A DNA stretch of 64,000 nt, from assembly GCA_016937855.1 (NCBI GenBank), contig JAFGVU010000202.1:12135-76134 (forward strand), given 5' to 3'. The stretch is from Bacteroidales bacterium. GTDB lineage: Bacteria; Bacteroidota; Bacteroidia; Bacteroidales; ML635J-15. Every line of letters begins with the position of its first letter. Positions within the stretch are counted from its first letter, which is position 1. The notes under the pieces are model-generated. The model saw nothing but the letters and a program-made list of their open reading frames with translations, did no database searches and was not told the origin of the DNA. Positions 58,307-64,000 of this stretch are shown in pieces. The position numbers and the translations under genes were made by a program.

Positions 58307-59101
58307 CTAAACTTTTACTAATAATTCCTTTGCAATTGCCTCAAATGTTTCCATTGGAATTTTATTTGATTGGTTAAAAACGCTTTTACCCTCTTCTGCT
58401 GCAAGACCAACTTCAGCAACTAAAGGCACTTGTCCTAAAAGAACAGAATTACATTCATCTGCCAGTGTTTTGCCTCCCCCCTGACCAAAAATAAAGTATT
58501 TTTCATCAGGATGTTTTTCGGGTGTAAACCAACTCATATTCTCGATTATTCCTAAAACAGGAACATTTAAGTCTGAGTTAAGAAACATTGACGCAGCTTT
58601 TCGAGCATCATTAACTGCGACTTCTTGGGGTGTTGTAACAATAATTGCACCTGCCAACTTAACTTTCTGTATTGTTGTTAACTGAATATCGCCAGTTCCG
58701 GGAGGGAAATCTACAAAAAGATAATCCAACTCGCCCCACACTGTATTTTCGAATAATTGTGTGATTGCTCCGGCAGCTTTTGGTCCTCTCCAAATAAGTC
58801 CTTGAGATTTATCGACAAAAAAACCGATAGACATAATTTTAACTCCGTATTTTACAATTGGAGTCATATACTCTTTCTCTTCAACAATCTCGATTTGAGG
58901 TCTGGCATTTTCAACACCAAACATTTTTGGCACAGATGGTCCATATATATCCGCATCTACCAATCCAACTTTATAACCATTACGTGCTAATGCAATTGCT
59001 AAATTAACAGAAACTGTTGATTTCCCGACTCCACCTTTACCTGATGCCACGACAATTACATTTTTAACTGCCGGCAAGTTTATTTTATCAAATAATCCCA
59101 T
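58307..59101 (-). CDS. Mrp/ApbC/NBP35-family Fe-S cluster carrier ATPase
   Basis: Deviant Walker A ASGKGGVGKST, and DFPPGTGD with downstream family blocks. ATG 59101 lies 1 nt after the upstream stop, and the listed 59131 start is TTG. Confidence 0.8.
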   Translation of the reverse strand: MGLFDKINLPAVKNVIVVASGKGGVGKSTVSVNLAIALARNGYKVGLVDADIYGPSVPKMFGVENARPQIEIVEEKEYMTPIVKYGVKIMSIGFFVDKSQGLIWRGPKAAGAITQLFENTVWGELDYLFVDFPPGTGDIQLTTIQKVKLAGAIIVTTPQEVAVNDARKAASMFLNSDLNVPVLGIIENMSWFTPEKHPDEKYFIFGQGGGKTLADECNSVLLGQVPLVAEVGLAAEEGKSVFNQSNKIPMETFEAIAKELLVKV

Positions 59102-59102
59102 A

Positions 59103-60464
59103 CTATTTTCTATTTCTATGTTTAATTGCAATTATTTCGGCAGCTTTAATCAAAGGATATGCAGCAGGAGATGCTGTTAACATTGGGTGCGTTCCAATTT
59201 GCATTGTCAACAGTGAGTTAACCGACATTCTATTTTGTATTGCTATACCAATTACATTAGTAAGTTCACCTGCTTCGGGGCCACCAATAACCTCTCCGCC
59301 GATAATAACACCAGAGTTTTTAGCTGCAATAAGTTTAACAGTTTGTTTATGCGAACCTGGCAAACATCCAGGATGTCGATCAACTCCTTCAAAAAGTCCG
59401 GTAATTGTCGATATCCCTTCCATTTCGGCAGCATATTCAGTTACACCTGCTGTACCAAATCCATTATCATCAATAGCAGTAGAATAGATTGCAATTGTAC
59501 CGCTAAAAGTTTTTACTACTTGTAAGTCGAAGAGATTCATACCACAAACTCGGGCCTCGGCACAAGCAGTAGAAGCCAACATTGTAGATACCGGACGTCG
59601 AGTTACAAAATCTCTTTTTTGCGCACAGTCGCCAACGGCAAAAATATCATCACTATATGTTCTTAGATATTCATCAACAATAATAAAACCACGATCATCT
59701 ACCGGGATACCGGCAATCTTTGCTAAATCAGAATTAGGTTTATAGCCGACCGATAAAACAACGGCATCCATGTCCATAATTGTACCATCTTCTAGCTCAA
59801 CTTTTTCAACAGATGACTGTCCATGAATTTTTTTAATTCCCTTACCTGTTACAACCTTTACACCACGTCCTTCAATAAGCTCATGAACTTTAATCGAAAT
59901 CTCCGGATCAAAAGCAAGATTAAGAATATGCGGCAATTTTTCGATTAGAGTAACATCATATCCTTTTTTATTTAGCTCGTCAGACAGCTCTACTCCAATA
60001 AACCCAGCACCAATTACAGCTATTTTCTTTTTGCCTTCTAACTTAGATGCCATTTCGTCGAGATATTGCCTATCCTTTGGAATAGTAAAAACACCATCAA
60101 GATCCGCACCATCTAACCATTTTGGCACAACTGGTGTTGAGCCGGTAGCAATAACCAATCGATCGTATTGCATAGTTTCACCATCAGCAAACTTTACGTA
60201 ATTTTCATTTGAAAAGATTTCTGTCACTTCTCCAACTATCGATGTAATTTCATTTTTTTCCATCATCATATCCACAGGCATCAGATTCTTTTCTGAATTA
60301 TTCATTGTTCCAAAAATATATGGTATTCCGCATGGAACCATCACGTCTTTTGTTTTTTTAACAATTACAAAATCCTTATTTGGAAAATTCATTTTTCCGG
60401 TCAATGCAGTTACCATACCTGCTGCACTTCCACCAATAATTAACACATTTGTTTTTTTCATCAT
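59103..60464 (-). CDS. pyridine nucleotide-disulfide oxidoreductase (CoA-disulfide reductase / NADH oxidase family)
   Basis: FAD motif LIIGGSAAGM, NAD motif AVIGAGFIGVELSDE, and a single redox Cys in VPCGIPY (cf. NCGLPY). Confidence 0.75.
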   Translation of the reverse strand: MMKKTNVLIIGGSAAGMVTALTGKMNFPNKDFVIVKKTKDVMVPCGIPYIFGTMNNSEKNLMPVDMMMEKNEITSIVGEVTEIFSNENYVKFADGETMQYDRLVIATGSTPVVPKWLDGADLDGVFTIPKDRQYLDEMASKLEGKKKIAVIGAGFIGVELSDELNKKGYDVTLIEKLPHILNLAFDPEISIKVHELIEGRGVKVVTGKGIKKIHGQSSVEKVELEDGTIMDMDAVVLSVGYKPNSDLAKIAGIPVDDRGFIIVDEYLRTYSDDIFAVGDCAQKRDFVTRRPVSTMLASTACAEARVCGMNLFDLQVVKTFSGTIAIYSTAIDDNGFGTAGVTEYAAEMEGISTITGLFEGVDRHPGCLPGSHKQTVKLIAAKNSGVIIGGEVIGGPEAGELTNVIGIAIQNRMSVNSLLTMQIGTHPMLTASPAAYPLIKAAEIIAIKHRNRK

Positions 60465-60540
60465 TTTAGTTTTTTAGTTCTACAACTCTATATTTCTGTG
60501 TGTTTTTAAAATCATAATCAATAGCCTTCTTTTCTTTTTT

Positions 60541-60622
60541 GTCCAACGCGCCCCTAAATCCCTCATTTCGACCTCCGATAAACATCGGAGCAATGACCTA
60601 GGGGGTGGCCTGCGCGCTCATC
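60541..60622. other. GC-rich ~80-nt extended imperfect hairpin, intercistronic
   Basis: Nested stems at 60545-50/60613-18, 60551-56/60599-604, 60563-67/60592-96 and 60573-79/60584-90. The base composition clearly differs from the surrounding AT-rich spacer. Confidence 0.6.
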
Positions 60623-60719
60623 AACTTTCAAATTATCGAGTTTCTTGAAAACTCACCTCTTTCTTTTCTTTTTTTCACTTTCTAAATTTTTTGAGTTTCT
60701 CGAAAAATTACCTTTTTTT

Positions 60720-61238
60720 TTATAACTCGATTCCAGCTCTAGCCTCTACTCCAGTATTATAATAGTGTTTTATTTCTTTCATCTCGGTAATTAAATCTGC
60801 ATATTGAAATAAGTCTTCGGGAGCATATCGTCCGGTTAATATCAACTCGATTTTATGGCTTTTCGACTTAATCATTTTTTTAATATCATCAGAAGAAATA
60901 AGGTTATAATATAGTGCAATAAAAATTTCGTCAAGTATAACGATATCATAATCATCAGTTGTAACGATTTTTTTTACTTCTTCGAATCCCTTTTCTGCAG
61001 CTAAGATATCCTCTATCACAGGTTCTTTCTCGATAAAACAATCGCGTCCATACTGTTTTAATTCAATAGTCTCGAGTAGTTTCACAGAATCTAACTCGGC
61101 ATAATGCATGCCTTTAACAAACTGAGCAATAAAGATTTTCTTTTTACAACCGGCAGCTCTTAGCGAAAGTCCTAAAGCAGCAGTAGTTTTGCCTTTGCCA
61201 TTTCCTGTATAAAAATGAACCATTCCTTTATTATTCAT
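60720..61238 (-). CDS. CobO/BtuR-type P-loop protein (ATP:corrinoid adenosyltransferase family)
   Basis: YTGNGKGKTTAALGLSLRAAG P-loop, LDE, and ~170 aa as in cob(I)yrinic acid a,c-diamide adenosyltransferases. Confidence 0.7.
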   Translation of the reverse strand: MNNKGMVHFYTGNGKGKTTAALGLSLRAAGCKKKIFIAQFVKGMHYAELDSVKLLETIELKQYGRDCFIEKEPVIEDILAAEKGFEEVKKIVTTDDYDIVILDEIFIALYYNLISSDDIKKMIKSKSHKIELILTGRYAPEDLFQYADLITEMKEIKHYYNTGVEARAGIEL

Positions 61239-62097
61239 AATTCAAAACTTTATCAAATGCAATTTTTATCTGTTTATGAATATCTGAATTAGGCAAAAAT
61301 TCGGGGATGGTCTTACAGTTTACCATTGCATTTACAACATCTGAGTTAAAAGGAATTTTTGCAAGAATTTCAATATCTTTTTCAATGCAGATCTTCTCAA
61401 TATTAAATGAGTTCTCGGAATTTATATCGAACTTATTAATAATGACCCACGACTTTAAGTTAAACTGTGTAGTCATTTGTAAAGTTCTACCTAAATCATG
61501 AATCCCTGATATTGTTGGTTCGGTTACAATTACTACATGATCTACACCTGTAATTGTTGAAATAACCGGGCATCCAATTCCGGGAGGCCCATCGATAATT
61601 ATAGTTTCGATATTGTTTTGCTCGGCAATGTTTTTTGCCTTATCCCGTACAAGATTAACAAGTTTTCCTGAATTCTCCTCACCCGGTCCAAGAATTCCAT
61701 AAACCATTTTACCATATCTGTAACTTGCAGTATATAAACGGCTATTTTTACTTTCGACCATTGATATAGCCTGAACCGGGCAAATATTTGCACACAAACG
61801 ACATCCATCACAGAAAACTTCATTTATAGTAACTTTCATTTCGACAAATGATATTGCATCAAATCGACAATATCTGCTACACAGTCCACAATTTGTACAA
61901 ATATCATAATCAATTACTGCTGATTCAGCACCAATAAAAACATCCTGAGTTTCAATTTGTGGATTAAAAAGCAAATGTAAATTTGCAGCATCCACGTCGC
62001 AATCCACTAACATTGTATTCTGGTAAAGACTTGCAAATGAAGCACTTATACTACTTTTACCTGTGCCTCCTTTTCCGCTAATTACTGCTATTTCCAT
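61231..62097 (-). CDS. MinD/ParA-type P-loop ATPase with inserted 2x[4Fe-4S] ferredoxin motifs
   Basis: SGKGGTGKSS P-loop, plus CTNCGLCSRYC and CDGCRLCANIC cysteine motifs. Confidence 0.8.
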   Translation of the reverse strand: MEIAVISGKGGTGKSSISASFASLYQNTMLVDCDVDAANLHLLFNPQIETQDVFIGAESAVIDYDICTNCGLCSRYCRFDAISFVEMKVTINEVFCDGCRLCANICPVQAISMVESKNSRLYTASYRYGKMVYGILGPGEENSGKLVNLVRDKAKNIAEQNNIETIIIDGPPGIGCPVISTITGVDHVVIVTEPTISGIHDLGRTLQMTTQFNLKSWVIINKFDINSENSFNIEKICIEKDIEILAKIPFNSDVVNAMVNCKTIPEFLPNSDIHKQIKIAFDKVLNYE

Positions 62098-62977
62098 ATT
62101 CTTTATAAATCATTTCAAACATTTCTATCAGTTTTTCCTTAAAATCAGGCATATACTCTGCTGCAATTTCAGCTTTGGAATAATGAACTGCTATTTCTCT
62201 GTTGTATGGAATTTCCAATAGCAAAGGAATATTATTCGATTCCAAATACTCGTAAATTTTACTATCACCTAAACCTGCTCTATTAATAACAACTCCATAG
62301 TTTTTACTCATTGTCTTTAAAGTTTCCACCGATTGCTTTAAGTCACTTAAACCAAATGGAGTTGGCTCAGTAATAAGAACCACAAAGTCGGCATTTGTAA
62401 CTGTCTGAATAAATGGACAAGAGGTGCCAGGAGGAGAGTCATACAAGATTATCCCCGAATTGCCAGCAATTTTCAAAGCATCTTTAATTACGTTAACGGG
62501 GGACATTACTCCTACTTTCATGCGAGCTTCGATTAATTTTCCTGAAGAGTTTTTGAGTAAAAATTCAGTGACCATACCCAACTCATAATCTTTTTCAATA
62601 ATTGCATTATCGTTGCAAGCGACAGTGCATGCGCCACAACCATGACAAAGCTCATCAATTACTTTGATAATTTTGGCCGGTGGTAAAATAAATATTGCAT
62701 TATAAGCGCAATAATCATGACATCTTCCACAAAATGTACAGAAATCTGTATCAATAACGGGAACTTTCTGAGTAACGATTTGCTGATTTATAACACTTTT
62801 ATTAAAAAATATCCCTGAATTTGGCTCTTCGGCATCACAATCGACCAAATAAACATTATCATAAATTTTGTTTAAAACACTAAATAAAGATGTTGACAAT
62901 AAAGTTTTTCCTGTCCCACCTTTCCCGCTTGCAACAGCTATTTTTATATTTTTATTTTTCAAAACTCTCTCCTCCAT
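62078..62977 (-). CDS. MinD/ParA-type P-loop ATPase with inserted 2x[4Fe-4S] ferredoxin motifs (paralogue)
   Basis: SGKGGTGKT P-loop, plus CTFCGRCHDYC and CHGCGACTVAC motifs. Confidence 0.8.
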   Translation of the reverse strand: MEERVLKNKNIKIAVASGKGGTGKTLLSTSLFSVLNKIYDNVYLVDCDAEEPNSGIFFNKSVINQQIVTQKVPVIDTDFCTFCGRCHDYCAYNAIFILPPAKIIKVIDELCHGCGACTVACNDNAIIEKDYELGMVTEFLLKNSSGKLIEARMKVGVMSPVNVIKDALKIAGNSGIILYDSPPGTSCPFIQTVTNADFVVLITEPTPFGLSDLKQSVETLKTMSKNYGVVINRAGLGDSKIYEYLESNNIPLLLEIPYNREIAVHYSKAEIAAEYMPDFKEKLIEMFEMIYKEYGNSSN

Positions 62978-63848
62978 TTAAAACAATAAAACTCCCTTTT
63001 TCAACATTAAGAAGTTCGGCAATTACGTCACACTTAACCATTAAAAGAAAAAACAATCTATTATCGTTTTGATTTATAAGACCTTCTAGATTTCCTTGAC
63101 CTTTCGAAATTATTAAATCGGCATTATTATAATGTTCTATAAACTCAGGACTACATTTTTCTAATACCGTTGATGGTGCATCATACCCATTAGTAATAAC
63201 TTGAGCAACCTCTTTCATCCCAACTTCCTCAGCATCTTTAAGAGTAACATCATTTAGCACGGCTCCACCTTTAACAACATAAGTTACTTTATCAGACATA
63301 TTTGCCTCAATAAACAATTTATCGAAAACTATTTCGCCGGCATTATCACCAAGATAAAGAATGTTTGATGCCTCTTCTATTTTATCTTTCAACAAACATG
63401 AGTGATCAATAGCAAACTCAGCATGTAAAACTTTAATAATAACCGAATCGATATCGAAGTAATCTGATGCTCCATAATCCATAATATTTCCTGCGATTGC
63501 CAGTCGCAACGTTGTAGTAAAAGAGTCTGATTCAGCAAACACTATCGGATACCATTTGTTAAAAATATCCAATGCAACTTTATTGCTTTCTTGTTTTTCC
63601 TCAAAAAAGGGGTCATTAATACCGATTAAATCACAAAATGTTTTACTTAATTCACGCTGTATTTCGGGAGAAGAAAGATTTTGTGAATCCTCAACTATTT
63701 GATTGAATTTCTCCAGAAATAAGTTTTGATTATGTTCCTGCACTTTATATTTTTTAAATAAACGCACATAAGAACGCCTAAAACAATCAATGCAGCGTGG
63801 GTCTTTAAGCTTATTATTAGTGATTACAGTTGCCATGTTCGTGTCCAT
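62952..63848 (-). CDS. DUF89 (ARMT1-like damage-control phosphatase) family protein
   Basis: YLGDNAGEIVFD and SKGQGNLEGL blocks characteristic of DUF89. The start may be the second Met at 63836. Confidence 0.65.
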   Translation of the reverse strand: MDTNMATVITNNKLKDPRCIDCFRRSYVRLFKKYKVQEHNQNLFLEKFNQIVEDSQNLSSPEIQRELSKTFCDLIGINDPFFEEKQESNKVALDIFNKWYPIVFAESDSFTTTLRLAIAGNIMDYGASDYFDIDSVIIKVLHAEFAIDHSCLLKDKIEEASNILYLGDNAGEIVFDKLFIEANMSDKVTYVVKGGAVLNDVTLKDAEEVGMKEVAQVITNGYDAPSTVLEKCSPEFIEHYNNADLIISKGQGNLEGLINQNDNRLFFLLMVKCDVIAELLNVEKGSFIVLNGGESFEK

Positions 63849-64000
63849 GATCGTGATTACAATAGTTTGCTGTCAACGACAAGCGATTATTGATAAAATC
63901 TTCGACAAGTTCTTTTGCACCTTTAATAGGAGCTCCAACAAAAGCGTTAATGTTTTGCTGATTAAATAATTCGATAGCTTTCTGACCCATTCCACCGGCA
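63817..64000 (-). CDS. NifB/NifX-like (dinitrogenase Fe-Mo cofactor-binding domain) protein, 5'-truncated by the window edge
   Basis: My translation of the minus strand gives ...AGGMGQKAIELFNQQNINAFVGAPIKGAKELVEDFINNRLSLTANYCNHDHGHEHGNCNH*, whose GGMG..A...L....I pattern is typical of this domain. It ends in a His/Cys-rich tail. Confidence 0.55.
   Translation of the reverse strand, partial: AGGMGQKAIELFNQQNINAFVGAPIKGAKELVEDFINNRLSLTANYCNHDHGHEHGNCNH

Noticed and set aside
60541-60622. A cobalamin riboswitch, since the element sits next to a CobO-like gene.
   Set aside because: I could not find a B12-box-like core or a multi-helix junction. The fold is essentially one long imperfect hairpin, and the element lies downstream, not upstream, of the CobO-like gene.
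1-64000. A search for CRISPR arrays, rRNA genes, IS transposases, and invertible promoters or shufflons.
   Set aside because: No regularly spaced short repeats, no rRNA-like conserved blocks and no DDE/serine-recombinase ORFs were seen. The only recombinase is the tyrosine integrase at 55583..56806.

Overview
AT-rich Bacteroidota-type chromosomal segment, judged from T9SS C-terminal sorting domains, a BatD/BatE pair, TAnnTTTG promoter boxes and many lipoproteins. Bases 1-43.3 kb hold housekeeping and envelope genes: a GH16-like lipoprotein with an MBOAT and a GT2, pyrF, a rhomboid protease, radical-SAM enzymes, an ABC fusion, acyl-CoA ligase, MATE, queE, a C1 peptidase, a hybrid sensor kinase, apbE, cstA, cysQ, an SDR, and four T9SS cargo proteins including a 1675-aa adhesin. 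Bases 43.7-57.0 kb are a ~13.3-kb element integrated into the 3' half of tRNA-Val(GAC). It is bounded by a 46-bp direct repeat (43699-43744 / 57000-57045, 1 mismatch). It carries a tyrosine integrase, a Xis-like HTH, an XRE-type regulator, a Toprim/SF3 primase-helicase and iteron-like repeats. Its att-proximal cargo operon encodes a single-chain PD-(D/E)xK nuclease + gamma-class N6-adenine methyltransferase (Type IIG/ISP-like), followed tightly by two small 2-TM membrane proteins, one with AbiC-like architecture. This operon is my best candidate for an undescribed or composite defence system. Just outside the left junction lie a MazF/PemK-like toxin-antitoxin pair and a tandem ~108-bp structured repeat that forms a four-way junction with the displaced tRNA terminator. 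Just right of the tRNA is a split pseudo-copy of the tRNA 5' half. Bases 58.3-64 kb are a minus-strand operon of Fe-S/metallocluster-type proteins: NifX-like, DUF89, two MinD-like 4Fe-4S ATPases, CobO-like, a CoADR/Nox-like flavoprotein and Mrp, interrupted by a GC-rich long hairpin. I saw no rRNA, CRISPR array or IS transposase. All functional calls rest on motifs read by eye; no database search was possible.
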